64,000 bases of DNA from Heterodontus francisci (Eukaryota). The position numbers and the translations under genes are program-made. Shown here piece after piece: positions 1-12,660 of the stretch (positions within the stretch are counted from its first letter, which is position 1; every line of letters begins with the position of its first letter). The notes beneath the pieces are model-generated. The model worked only from the letters and a program-made list of their open reading frames with translations. It had not been told where the DNA came from and did not search any database. The stretch is from assembly GCF_036365525.1 (NCBI RefSeq), contig NC_090415.1, forward strand, positions 18,290,001 to 18,354,000. Direction: 5' to 3'.

Positions 1-350
1 TCACCCTGGAGCAAGTTTGTTTCCTTCAAGTGTTTCTCCAATTTCCTATTGAAATCATTGATTGTCTCTGCTTCCACCACACTTGTGGACAGACATTGCA
101 GTTGCAATGTAGCAGGTAAAGCAAAAAGTGCTTCCTCACATTTCCCGGCATCTCTTTCCCAAAACCATCAATCTGTGTCTCCTAGTCTTTGTACCATCAA
201 CTAATGGGAACGGGTTATCCTTGTCTAACTTACCTACACCTGCATCAGATCTCCCCTCAATCCACATTGCTGGAAGGAGAACAACCACCTACTTAGATAA
301 CACAATCCAGAGCCATCTATCCAAGCTTTTCAATAGCATAAGAATAGTTG

Positions 351-1434
351 TGTTGTAAGTAGTATAGATAGGAGCATAACTTCAAGAGACTTTGATAGAT
401 TAACTGATTGTCTCTGCCCAACGCACCAGATTTTCTGTATCACCTGAACACTGCTCACAGCTGTATAAAGTTTAGAGTATTTTCATGGCTTACATTTATG
501 CAAGAACTGCAATGTTAATGTTGGATTGTGAAGCATGACGGTCATCTTCACTGAACTATGTTAAAATGTCATGTTGAGAGATGTGTCAGTGTGGAAGATG
601 CACGTAGCCATAGGAAAAAAAAGGCAAGTCATGTAGCTGGAGGAGAATCCACAAAGTGGGCGCGATGGACCGTGACATATTTTACGTTTGTGACAAATAA
701 GGACAGCTAAAATAATAGGATTAATGATATGCTTTGTACATCAATATATTGAAGTCTGTTTGATCTGTTGCTTGCTTTATTATGAAATGTGTTTTCAAGG
801 CTATACTTTGTTTAAACCTTTTTGTGAGAACAATGGGAGAGTCACCAGCACTCCTTGCATGGAGAGAGATGAGATAAAGGCAGAATTAAAGAAAAACATG
901 TCTGGGATCAGCAAGAATGTAACCTTTAGGATCCTTGCTAAAATAGAAAGAATCGGGAAACATCTGTACTGTGTGCAGATTCAACCATTAACTAACTAGT
1001 GTCAAACAATGATGTCAACCTGGACCAATTAGGACACTTGGAACAATTCAAAACTAATATGGTAACATCCTTGCACCACAAGAAGGATAAAAGAAAGGGT
1101 GTTACAGGACATCGTCAGCACACTTAGAGAGGGGTCAACAGAAGATCGTTAGTACTTAAAAGGAGAAGATAGAATATAGTCAAAAAAACACAGCAAGGGA
1201 TGAAGAAGGAGAGAAGTCCGTGCGGCAGCAAGCACAGAAACAAGAACGGGTGTTGTGTGTTACTGAATATCTATTACCATTGTTAAGTATTAACTTTGTA
1301 CATCTTGGTTAAGCCTAATAAACTCTCTGACATGGTCACATAACTTGAGTTTGTACCTTATCGGTCTATCTTGGTCAGGAATCTAGAGGTGAGACGGGTT
1401 GGGTATTCTCTGTCTTACCTCTGTTCAGGTAACA
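351..1434 (+). mobile_element. Putative solo LTR (copies at 2446-3530, partial at 32395-32858, inverted at ~62878-63963)
   Basis: ~1.1 kb non-coding block bounded by TGTT...AACA, AATAAA at 1317-1322 about 110 bp from the 3' end; no TSD found. Confidence 0.35.
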
Positions 1435-1610
1435 TCTACCTGAAACTTACAGCTCTTTACTATATGCATACATTGCTGTGTAGTTTGTCCTCCTTAAACT
1501 TCGAAATTGTGGGCCCGTTAAAAACATTGTTCTTCGTACAGTTTTCTGCGTCACTCCACTGCATAGTTCTGCCCAGTAAGCAAAAAGGATCAGTTCGCTA
1601 CTAAACTCGA

Positions 1611-1808
1611 AAATAAAAGCAAAATACTGCAGATGCTGGAAATCTGAAATAATAATAAGAAATGCTGGAAATACTCAGCAGGTCTGGCAGCATCTGTGGA
1701 GAGAGAAGCAGAGTTAACGTTTCAGGTGAGTGACCATTGATCAGAATATTTGCAGCACTTTCTGATTTTATTTCAGATTTCCAGCATTCACAGTATTGTG
1801 TTTCTGTT
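1611..1808. mobile_element. Palindromic Penelope-type terminal repeat remnant
   Basis: aatactgcagatgctggaaatctgaaat ... atttcagatttccagcattcacagtatt inverted ends; related copies at 3706-3945, 27230-27435, 62470-62705. Confidence 0.65.
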
Positions 1809-1893
1809 AACATAATCGTGTTGCTCAGGTGCAAGTTGAAACCATTGTACAGCATTCTATTAATCAAAACGCTGGACCAGTGCAGTACAGTAA

Positions 1894-1965
1894 GCGATGG
1901 TGGTATAGTGGTGAGCATAGCTGCCTTCCAAGCAGTTGATCTGCGTTCGATTCCCGGCCATCGCA
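1894..1965 (+). tRNA. tRNA-Gly (TCC)
   Basis: 72 nt; acceptor stem GCGATGG/CCATCGC+A, anticodon arm GCTGC-CTTCCAA-GCAGT, TTCGATT loop; one C:C mismatch in the T stem. Confidence 0.9.
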
Positions 1966-4884
1966 ACCTTAAACTGCAGCTTTCCTTTATGTTGCAGTAT
2001 TTTACAAACGAAAAAAATGTCAAAGCTTTGACAGAATTGAAATTGATAAAATGTTCTTATCATCCAATCAGATTCATTCTCCCGCTTGATTGGCGTCACC
2101 CTGGAGCAAGTTTGTTTCCTTCAAGTGTTTCTCCAATTTCCTATTGAAATCATTGATTGTCTCTGCTTCCACCACACTTGTGGACAGACATTGCAGTTGC
2201 AATGGAGCAGGTAAAGCAAAAAGTGCTTCCTCACATTTCCCTGCATCTCTTTCCCAAAACCATCAATCTGTGTCTCCTAGTCCTTGTACCATCAACTAAT
2301 GGGAACGGGTTATCCTTGTCTAACTTACCTACACCTGCATCAGATCTCCCCTCAATCCACATTGCTGGAAGGAGAACAACCACCTACTTCGATAACACAA
2401 TCCAGAGCCATCTATCCAAGCTTTTCAATAACAAAAGAATAGTTGTGTTGTAAGTATTCTCGATAGGAGCATAGCATCAATAGACTTTGATAGATTAACT
2501 GATTGTCTCTGTCCAACGCACCAGATTTTCTGTATCACCTGAACACTGCTCACCGCTGTGTAAAGTTTAGAGTATTTGCATGGCTTACATTTATGCAAGA
2601 ACTGCAATGTTAAGGTTGGATTGTGAAGCATGACGGTCATCTTCACTGAACTATGTTAAAATGTCATGTTGAGAGATGTGTCAGTGTGGAAGATGCACGT
2701 AGCCATAGGAAAAAAAAAGGCAAGTCATGTAGCTGGAGGAGAATCCACAATGTGGGCGCGATGGACCGTGACATATTTTACGTTTGTGACAAATAAGGAC
2801 AGCTAAAATAATAGGATTAATGATATGCTTTGTACATCAATATATTGAAGTCTGTTTGATCTGTTGCTTGCTTTATTATGAAATGTGTTTTCAAGGCTAT
2901 ACTTTGTTTAAACCTTTTTGTGAGAACAATGGGAGAGTCACCAGCACTCCTTGCATGGAGAGAGATGAGATAAAGGCAGAATTAAAGAAAAAAATGTCTG
3001 GGATCAGCAAGAATGTAACCTTTAGGATCCTTGCTAAAATAGAAAGAGTCGGGAAACATCTGTACTGTGTGTAGATTCAACCATTAACTAACTAGTGTCA
3101 AACAATGATGTCAACCTGGACCAATTAGGACACTTGGAACAATTCAAAACTAATATGGTAACATCCTTGCACCACAAGAAGGATAAAAGAAAGGGTGTTA
3201 CAGGACATCGTCAGCACACTTAGAGAGGGGTCAACAGAAGATCGTTGGTACTTAAAAGGAGAAGATAGAATATAGTCAAAAAAACACAGCAAGGGATGAA
3301 GAAGGAGAGAAGTCCGTGCGGTAGCAAGCACAGAAACAAGAACGGGTGTTGTGTGTGACTGAATATCTATTACCATTGTTAAGTATTAACTTTGTACATC
3401 TTGGTTAAGCCTAATAAACTTTCTGACATGGTCACATAACTTGAGTTTGTACCGTGTAGGTCTATCTTGGTCAGGAATCTAAAGGTGAGACGGGTTGGGT
3501 ATTCTCTGTCTCACCTCTGTTCAGGTAACATCTACCTGAAACTTACAGCTCTTTACTATATGCATACATTGCTGTGTATTTTGTCCTCCTTAAACTTCGA
3601 AATTGTGGGCCCGTTAAAAACATTGTTCTTCGTACAGTTTTCTGCGTCACTCCACTGCATAGTTCTGCCCAGTAAGCAAAAAGGATCAGTTCACTAATAA
3701 ACTCTAAAATAAAAGCAAAATACTGTGGATGCTGGAAATCTGAAATAAAAACAAGAAATACTGGAAATACTCAACAGGTCTGGCAGCATCTGTGGAGAGA
3801 GAAGCAGAGTTAACGTTTCAGGTCTGTGACCCTACTTCAGAACGAGCAAATATTAGAATTGTGAAAGGTTATAAGCAAGTAAAGCGGGGTTGGGGCAAGA
3901 GATAACAAAGGAGAAGGTGTAAATAAGACAAGGTCACAGAAGAGCCTCCTATCCTTTAACCAACTACCATCTCAGAATACCAGTGTCAATTTTAACATGC
4001 ATTTCTATTCTCCATGTAAGTCTGTTATTCACTACTTGATTGAATGCCTTTGGAAGAGCATATATCCAATAATTACTGTACTACCTTCAGTAACTTCAAC
4101 CACAAGAATTCAATCATGTTAGTCGCACATGATTTGCCCTGAGCAAATCCGTACTGGTTGTCCTTTATTAACTCAGCACTGATGTCAAAAATAATAGTCT
4201 TTGTTAGCAGATTTTTCCTTCCCCTGGTTCTGCCTGCTTGTAGTCATGGTGATAGGGTGGATATGGGATATTTTGTACAAATCACTGTCATCATTATTTC
4301 AATGATTTTCGCTGCAAACAACCTTTGAATTATATTGATCAAAAGCAAATTAATGGTAACGTGTGTGACACTGAGACTGGAAGATGGTCGGAATAAAGCG
4401 GAGGAAGGGGTGAGGGGGCGGCTCCTAAACTGTCCAAACGGATCTCGTCGAAGTGTAAAAGTGAATCCGAGTGTTTGAGGGATGAAAGTTAAACATCTGA
4501 TAGTCTCTGCTTAATGTCATCAGAATGAATCTCTTAGTGACTGAAAATATATCTGAATGGCCTTGTCCTGCGAATCTGCAGAGAGTCCAACAGGTAAAAG
4601 TGGTTCAGTGAGAAATACAGTATTTGTTTATAATCTGGCCCTGTTTTGAGTTTGGAAATAATAGAGAGGTTGTCTCTGGTACAATATGTCAGCGAGAGAG
4701 TAGTTTACATTTTTCTATCTTGAATAATTTGTGTACCAAATAGAACAGGATCTCTGTCAGCGTGTTACATTATATAAACGTCACAGGCCACTTCCCCTCC
4801 CTATTCTATCTCCCTGCACTCGATCTCCTCCCTCTCCAGTTCATTATTATTGCTGATCATTATATTGGCCTATTTATTATCTTC

Positions 4885-5235
4885 CATCTCAGACAGTCCC
4901 TCGCGATCAAGGATGACTTTTTTCCACTCCAGTTTGATGAGTTCTGAAATGGCTGATAAGTCCAATGCATGATCTGCAGACTCTGTCATATCAGGGACTG
5001 GTGGTGCTGGAAGGGTCAGGTAAATGACTGCATTGGAGGTGTGGGTGCTGTCTTTGCTGCCTTCGCTGCGTCGAGTTCACCTTTGCATGTTCCTGACAAA
5101 TATCCCTGAAGAGTACAATGTCTTCCCAAATGAGGGATGATTTGAGGACATCTCTAAAGTGTTTCCACTGTCCTCCTGGGGTTCTCCTACCATGACCAAG
5201 TTCTGAGTAGAACAGCTGCTTCGGGATATTGGATT
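4885..5235 (-). mobile_element. Degraded RTE-type LINE 3' end (mirror ~60490-60835)
   Basis: cagtccctcgcgatcaaggatgac resembles RTE 3' termini; no ORF remains. Confidence 0.4.
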
Positions 5236-6316
5236 TACAGGTTCTTGGAGAGGCGCCTATTCATGGTAAGTGAAAGACTAACACTGACTGTCTGAACACA
5301 TGTCAGTTGCTGTCTGAGAGTGAGAGGTACTGGAACACTTTCCCTCACATAATGTACCAGATACAGTAAGGACAGATGGAGTGGACAAGCCTCTGTCTTT
5401 CTCCAGTACTGAATTATAGTGAGTTGGATGTTCAGTCAGTCCCGAACTGTCCTTGTTGGGTGAGTAGGCAACGGAATCAAGAGGAGTTCCCGTCCCTGTG
5501 TGACTGTCACTCAAACTGTCCTGTGTGTGCAGGATTAACCCTGAGTCCCTCTATACAGCTCTGTCTGTTATATCTGGAAAAATGCTGAACCTTTCACTTA
5601 TTGATCTGCTCAAACCGAGTTCAAGACCCAAGTAGTGAACAGAATGTCTCATTAATTCTTTGAATAATACTATGATTGAACAGCAGGTTATGATCGACTC
5701 AGCCAAAGTTTGGAAAAATTCCTGTCCATAAATCTTTCAAAATGGAATGTGAGGATCTCCTGGCTCCGAGTGTTTAAGGGATACAGGACTAGACATCGTC
5801 AACGAACCCCAGAGATTCATAAAGACTGTGTACATGAGGACATTTAACAACCGGGAGCTGAAACTCTGTGACGGGCTCTATTGTCACTGTGTTTGTGTGT
5901 CTGGTATAATCGCGGCAGCTCCGTGTCTCTCTTGTTTGGAATGAAACGATGAAGATCACCATTCGGTATTACTCACATTGACCGCGGGTTTCACTCCGGT
6001 TAGACAAACCTTTGCTGACTGAAATGAATTCTACAAGGTCCCAGCAAACACACCGACTCCCTCCTTCCTCCCATGTTTCTGTCCAATTGTTTTGAGAGGA
6101 GGGTCTCAATAATAACAAACACCCTGCAGGGAGAGACGGCAATTTGAACATCTAAATGGGATCAGCTCCCGGCTTTCGAGGTTATAGATTCCCTCCAGCC
6201 CTCCCCACCCTCCCTCCACCCTAACCCCATGTTCAGTTTCATTGTTCACACATTGATGAGGGTGAAATGGGGAAAGTTCCCATTGAGTTTTGAACGCTGA
6301 ATTGTTGCAGAGATCT

Positions 6317-6476
6317 GCGCAAGCGCATTATAGCTCCGCCCACTGGGACGTCATAATGAAGCGAAGAGCGCATGCGCTCCCCTTCCCCCAACACTGTCTC
6401 TGAGCGTCATTCAGTGAGTGAGCGGAAGATTGTTTAAATCAGCTGCGAATGGAGACATCCGGGTCCCGGGGTAAGT
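6317..6476 (+). promoter_or_regulatory. CpG-rich promoter + first exon of unknown gene, copy 1
   Basis: GC box 6335-6340, CRE-like GACGTCA 6347-6353, NRF1 palindrome GCGCATGCGC 6368-6377, ATG 6449, donor G|GTAAGT at 6470/6471. Confidence 0.65.
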
Positions 6477-6849
6477 GAACAAACAACATCTGCTTCCAGC
6501 AGCAACACCAGGTTTGGGAGCGAGTCTGCAGATGTGTTCAGAGATTAACATTGAATAGCGGGGAAGTTCAGCGGGAGTCGGAGATTGTGGAGCAGAAACT
6601 GGTCCCGGAACATGGAGTGAGCCGGTGGGGGGAAGGGAGAGGTGACGACTCCATCGGGTAGTCCGATTCATGGAGCGGTGCGGGGTGTGGGTTGTTTCTG
6701 AGTGTCGCAAAACCGCTGCAAACAGGTGGGCAGCAGAAGCAGAGTGTTGCAGGAGACAGACACTGTTTGTGTTGCTGGTTTTCTTTTTCCGATTGTTCAT
6801 AATGATTATTATTGAAAAGATTATATTGATTACTTTTGTATCATGTCAG

Positions 6850-9800
6850 TTAACTTGTCAGGGAGCAAGTAATAGAGAGGGATACCGACATGTACAGAAT
6901 ACTGGGGGAGATTGATAACACAAGAGTAGGGAATAATACGTTATTAAGTGGAGTCAGAGTAAGGCAGAATGTAATACAGTCTGAATCAGGGTACATGTAT
7001 GTGAACACACGGAGTGTGGTTAATAAGATGGTGAGGTACAGGCGGAGATTGTCATGTGCAAATTTGATGTTGTGGCTCGAACAGAGACTGGGAAAGACTG
7101 GGTGTTAAACATTCCTGGATACAAGTTGATCAGGGAAAACATGAAAGGGAATAAAGGGGGAGGGGTGTCAGTATTGATCAAGGAGAGTGTTGGAGAAAAA
7201 GGATGTCCCAGAGTGGTCGAGGACAGAATCAATTTGGCAAGAGCAAAGGAACAAAAAAGCTGCAGTTACATTGCTCGGTGTTGTCTATAGGCCACCAGCT
7301 AGTGGGTAGGACATGGAAAAATAAATTTGCAAGGAAATTACAGCAAGGTGCAAACATTATAGGGTAGTTATAATGGAAGAGTTTAATTATTCAAACATAG
7401 ACTGGGATAATAACAGTGTGAAGGGCAGTGAGGGGCAAGAGTTCCTACAGTGTGTTCAGGAAAATTTTCTACAACAGTATGTTGCTAGTCCAACGAGAAA
7501 GGAGGCACTGCTAGACCTGGTTCTTGGGAATGAGGTGGGCCAAGTGGATCACGTATCAGGAGGAGAGCATTTAGGGGATAGTGATCATTGTATCATAAGG
7601 TTTAGGTTGACTATGGAAAAGGACAAAGAGAAATCCAAGGTAAGAATAATTAACTGGGGGGAAGTCAACTTCAATGGGGTAAGAATGGAGCTGGGGCGAA
7701 TAAATTGGAGTCAAAAGCTGGCAGTAAAACAGGTAGATGAACATTGGGTTACCTTCAAAGAACAGATAGTTCGGGCACAGTCGACGTATGTTCCCTTGAA
7801 GGGGAAAATTAAAACAAACAAACCCAGAACTCCTTGGATGGCAAAAGAGGTAGAGATTAAGATAAAGAAGAAAAAGTGTGCTTATAAGAGATGCCAGATA
7901 GAAAATACTATTGAGAACCAGGCTGAATATAGAAGGTCCAGAGGGGAAGTGGAAAAAAAAATAAATAGGAGAAGCAATGAGAGAAGATGAAAAGAGACAG
8001 CCAGCTAGCATTAAAGGAAATCCCAACGTTTTCTATAAGCATATAAATAGTAAAAAGGTGGTAAAAGGAGGAGTGCGGCCGATTAGGGACCAGAAAGGGG
8101 ATTTACACATGGAGGCAGAGGGCATAGCTGAGGTATTAAAGCAATACTTTGCATCTGTCTTTGTCTGGGTTGCATCTTCTTCCTTGGTAATGTTGAAAGA
8201 GGAGGTAAGTCAGATATTAAAGGGTTTTAAAATTGATAAAGAAGAAATGTTAGATAGTCTGTCTGTACTTAAAGTGGAGAAAGCACCAGAGCCAGATGAG
8301 ATGCATCTAAGGAAACTGAGGGAAGTGAGGGTGGAAATCACAGAGGATCTGGCCATAATTTTTCACTCTTCCTTAGACTCGGGGGTGGTGATAAAGAACT
8401 GCAGAATTTTTCAATAAAGGGTGTAAATATAAGCCTATCAACTGCAGGCCAGTTAGTTTAAATTCAGTGTTGGGAAAAAATCGAGAAAAAATAATTAGGG
8501 GCAAAATCAATAGTCACAGGGACTATTAAAGCAGAGAAGGCTGAGGGGGGACCTGGCTGAGGAAAACAAAATTATGAGAAGTATAGATAGGACGATTTGT
8601 TTTCCCTGAGCAGAGATGTCAATAACCAGGGGACATAGATTTAAGGTTAGGAGCAGGAGGTTTAGAGGGGCCTTGAGGCAAAATGTTTTCACCCAGAAGA
8701 TGGTTGGAATGTGGATCACACTGCCTGAAGAGATGGTAGAGGCAGAAACCCTCACAACATTCAAGAAGTATTTAGAGGAACATTTGAACCGCCATAGCAT
8801 ACAAGGATACTGACCAAGTGCTGGAAAATGGGATTAGAATACTTAGGTACCTGATGGCCAGCATGTACATGATGGGCCGAAGGGCCTATTTATGTGCTGT
8901 AGAACTCTATGACTCTAAATGTGAGTTAATTAAGGAAAAGCAGCATGGATTTCTTCAGGGAAAATCATGTTGATCCAAATTGCTGAAGTCTTTTGAGGAG
9001 GTAACAGAGAGGGTTGATGAGGGCAATGCTGTTGATGTGCTGCACATGGACCTTCAAAAGGCGTTTGATACAGTGCAACAATAGACTTGTGAGCAAACTT
9101 GTAGTTCGTGCAATAAAATGGACAGTCGCAACTAGATACGAAATTGCCTGAGTTACAGGAAACAAAGAGCTGTGGTTAATGGATGTTTTTTGGCTGGAGG
9201 AAGGTTGTGATGGAGTTTCCCTGGGATCAGTGTTTGGACCCTTGCTTTTCCTGATATAGGTTAATCTCCGAGACCTTGGTGCACGATTTCAAAGTATGCA
9301 GATGATACGAAACTTGGAAGCATTGTGAACTGTGAGGTGGATAGTGTAGAACTACAAAAGGACATAGACAAGTTGGTGGAATGGACAGACAGGTGGCAGA
9401 TGAAGTTCAATGCAAAGAAATGTGGGGTGATTCATTTTGGTAGTAAGAACATGGAGAAACAGTATAAAATAAAGGGTATAATTCGAGGAGCAGGAGCAGA
9501 TCGACTGAGGTGTGTATGTGCATTAGTCATTGAAAGTGGCAGGACAGGTTTGGAATGTGTTTAATAAAACATACAGCATCCTAGACTTCATTCATAGTGG
9601 AATAAAGTACAAGAGCAAGGAAGTTATGTTGACCTTCTGTAAGACACTAATTCAGCCTCTGCTGGAATATGATGTCCAATTCTGGGCACCTCACTTGAGG
9701 AAAGACCTGACAGCATGGGAGATAGTACAGAGAAGATTCATGAGGATGGATCCAGGGATGAGGAAATTCAGTTTTGAAGATAGATTGGAGAAGTTAGGAC

Positions 9801-10530
9801 TGTTTTCCCTGGGGAAGAGCAGACTGAGAGGTGATTTGATAGAGGTATTCAAAATCATGAGGTGTCTGGGTAGAGTAGATAGAAAGAAACTCTGGGGGTG
9901 GCACAGTGGTGCAGTGGTTAGCATTGCAGCCTCACAGCTCCAGTAACATGGGTTCAATTCTGGGTACTGTCTGTGTGGAGTTTGCAAGTTCTCCCTGTGT
10001 CTGCATGGGTTTCCTCCGGGTGCTCCGCTTTCCTCCAACAGCCAAAAGACTTGCAGGTTGGTAGGTAAATTGGCCATTATAAATTGCCCCGAGTATAGGT
10101 AGGTGGTAGGGAAATATAGGGACAGGTGGGGATGTGGTAGGAATATAGGATTAGTATAATTGGGTGGTTGATGGTCGGCACAGACTCGTTGGGCCGAAGG
10201 GCCTGTTATAGTGCTGTATCTCTAAACTAAACTGTTCCCACTCATGAGAGGATCGAGAACGAGAAGGCACAAATTTAAAGTATTTGGTAAGAGTAGCAAA
10301 AGGTACATGAGGAAAATCTTTTTCATGCAGCGAGTGGTTAAGATCTGGAATTTGATGGAGGCAGGTTTGACTGAAGTATTCAAAAGGGAATTAGAAAGTT
10401 TTATGAAAGGGAAGAATTTGGTGGGTTTATGGGGAGAAGGCAGGGGAATGGAACTGAGGGAGTTGCTCTTTCAGAGAACCGGTGCAGACACGATGGGGCA
10501 CATGGCCTCCTTCTGCACTGTAATGATTCT
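6850..10530 (+). mobile_element. Decayed CR1 LINE ORF2 (endonuclease + RT fragments), with a nested CR1 3' piece at ~8530-8915
   Basis: ORF fragments LDLVLGN, GDSDH, YADD-like, WQMKFN, QFWAP; many stops and frameshifts. Confidence 0.9.
9894..10233 (+). mobile_element. HE1-like V-SINE inserted in CR1
   Basis: tRNA-like head (gcagtggttagc, ggttcaattc), V-domain tgtgtggagtttgcaagttctccc, CR1-type tail gggccgaagggcctg, (taaac)n end. Confidence 0.9.
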
Positions 10531-10586
10531 GTGATTCTTCTCACTGACCTTTCTTCAAGTATAAGAATTACTTTTTCTTGCTGCAG

Positions 10587-10670
10587 GCAAACATTTGAAG
10601 GAACCAGAATGAAAGTCCTGACTCCTGGACACAAGGAAAAGTGCAGCCAGTTTCTTCCAACACACAGTAG
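10587..10670 (+). other. Conserved downstream exon of unknown gene, copy 1
   Basis: Pyrimidine tract + CAG acceptor and agtaggta donor region; homologous to 22541, 38711 and 51671(-). Confidence 0.5.
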
Positions 10671-11532
10671 GTAGATACAGTATCACTCACAAAGCACAGT
10701 GACACAGCCAGCTCATCATTTCCACTGTAACAAACAAAAGAAGTAGTCAGACCCACACTGATCCCAAGATCAAGAGACACATTTTCAATCCAACAGTCAA
10801 GCAGAGCAGGAGAGATTGAAGTTGTATCTATTTCACTCCAGCTGACTGGTAGATACATCAAACCCAGTCTAAAAACACACTCATTATCAGATTTAAATAC
10901 ACTGTCAATTTGACTACATTTCAAATAAGATATCTTAACTAGAACAGGCAAAATTTATCTGATTGAAAGCTACAGAATGAATCCCAATAAAGTCCCCCAC
11001 AATATCAACTGAGCTACAGATTACAAACCAGTCCAAACATGTCACTAAGGGTCAGACAGAAACATACAGTATTCATTCTTTTTTTTTACAAAATGGTGTA
11101 ATTTGACTGTACATACCAGGTCATGGATCAGATTGAAAGATTAACATTCACAATTAATTTGGCAGAGCAAGGAATTGGATATCAATTCACAACTCATGTA
11201 CCAGAATTGAACAAAACAGACAGCTATGAAATAGTTAATTCCTATTTTATATTAAACACAAGGAAAAAAATATTGATAGATGAAAATATTTAACAGTAGC
11301 CAACAGAATGCTTGAGGTACATATTAAGTACTGAAGGATCACACAGACATCACAGAGATGCAAATTGAACCTGACACTGAAACAGGGTACCAGAGCCTAA
11401 TGGATGGAGAATGAATCACATATCATACCCATAATTTACATATACTGAATGGATCCAACATGCATGTACAGTACGCACACTGGCTGCTCCAGAATTAATC
11501 TCACACTTGCACACTCCCTCAGAGGCAGATAC

Positions 11533-11832
11533 ATTTATTTAGAGATACAGCACTGAAACAGACCCTTCGGCCCACCGAGTCTGTGGCGACCAACAACTAC
11601 CCATTTATACTAACCCTACAGTAATCTCATATTCCCGACCACCTATCTTCGAGGGGCAATTTACCTATCACCTGCAAGTCTTATGGCCGTGGCAGGAAAC
11701 CGAAGCACTTGGCGAAAACCCACACGGTCACAGGGAGAACTTGCAAACTCCACACAGGCAGTACCCAGAATCGAACCCGGGTCCCTGGAGTTATGTGGCT
11801 GCGGCACTAAGCACTGCGCCACTGTGCCACCC
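11533..11832 (-). mobile_element. HE1-like V-SINE
   Basis: Reverse complement of the SINE at 9894. Confidence 0.9.
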
Positions 11833-12605
11833 ACTAGACAAGGAATGAATTCCAAGCACACATTCTGGACCAGAGATTTAAAGATACAGAATGTGGCCCA
11901 CAATCATGTCAAGTAAGATAAGATCTTAAGAACATAACAAATATGACCAAGAGTAGGCCATTTGACCTCTCCACCCTACTCTGCCATTTAATATGATCAT
12001 GGCTGATCTGATTGTGCTTAACTTCACTTTCCTCGCTGTCCCAATAACCCTTTACTGCCTTGTAGATCAAAAATCTGTCTGTCTGTCGATCTATCTATCA
12101 CAGCCAGAGACTGACAGCTATATAATGCATCCCATAATCAATTACATGACGTGAAACAGACAGACACAGTACAAATCTGATTCACATAGAGTAGGAGTGC
12201 CTAAAAAACAGAGTCCACAATGCCATTCAATAATATTTCCTAACAGGTACAGAATGAATGCCACACTCTCAAACTCTACCAGTCACAGAAAAACACAGAA
12301 TAAACAACACATTCACATACAATACCAGAGACAGAGAGATACTGAATGAATCACATTCTCACTGTTAGTTGCGGAGACGGATGATAAATGAATTAATCCA
12401 CACTCACATTCAGTTTGAGAGACTGATGGATACAGAAATATATTCACACTCACAGGCAGTACCAGAAACTGACATACACCACATTAATCCCACCTCATGC
12501 AGAGTACCAGAGGCTGACATGATGAACTGGAACCAGACATATTCACATAACAGAAAATAAATGTTACAGAATAATGTACTCATTTACCTACATTAAACTC
12601 ACATA

Positions 12606-12660
12606 GTGATGGTGGTATAGTGCTGAGAATATCTGCTTTCCAAGCAGTTGACATGAGTTC
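12606..12660 (+). pseudogene. tRNA-Gly(TCC) relic, 3'-truncated
   Basis: gtgatggtggtatagtgctgagaatatctgctttccaagcagttgacatgagttc aligns to 1894-1948; T arm and 3' acceptor strand lost. Confidence 0.8.

Larger units (their letters stand above)
1..3830 (+). repeat. Tandem segmental duplication, ~2095 bp unit
   Basis: tcaccctggagcaagtttg occurs at 1 and again at 2096; the copies stay near-identical until they diverge in the Penelope-like segment (~1730 vs ~3825). Confidence 0.95.
2410..6590 (+). repeat. Left arm of window-spanning inverted duplication (partner 59135-64000)
   Basis: Mirror ORFs 2820+/63344-, 4762+/60777-, 5278-/60211+; direct sequence comparison. Confidence 0.95.

Noticed and set aside
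724-999. Recurring ORF MICFVHQY... (also 2820, 63344)
   Set aside because: Stops differ between copies, no recognisable domain, and it lies in duplicated LTR-like DNA
1447-1458. TTACAGCTCTTT resembling the U7 snRNA 5' end or an antisense HDE (also ~3543, ~32870, ~62855)
   Set aside because: No adjacent Sm site and 3' hairpin, and no histone stem-loop on the other strand; recurrence is explained by duplication
5241-5271. Possible micro-exon tttacag|...catg|gtaagt
   Set aside because: Adjoins an RTE relic, is deleted in the 35.6 kb paralog, and has no partner exons
9894-9970. tRNA-like sequences at SINE heads (also ~11760-11832, ~55535-55607)
   Set aside because: Continuous with the V-domain and LINE-derived tail, so SINEs rather than tRNA genes
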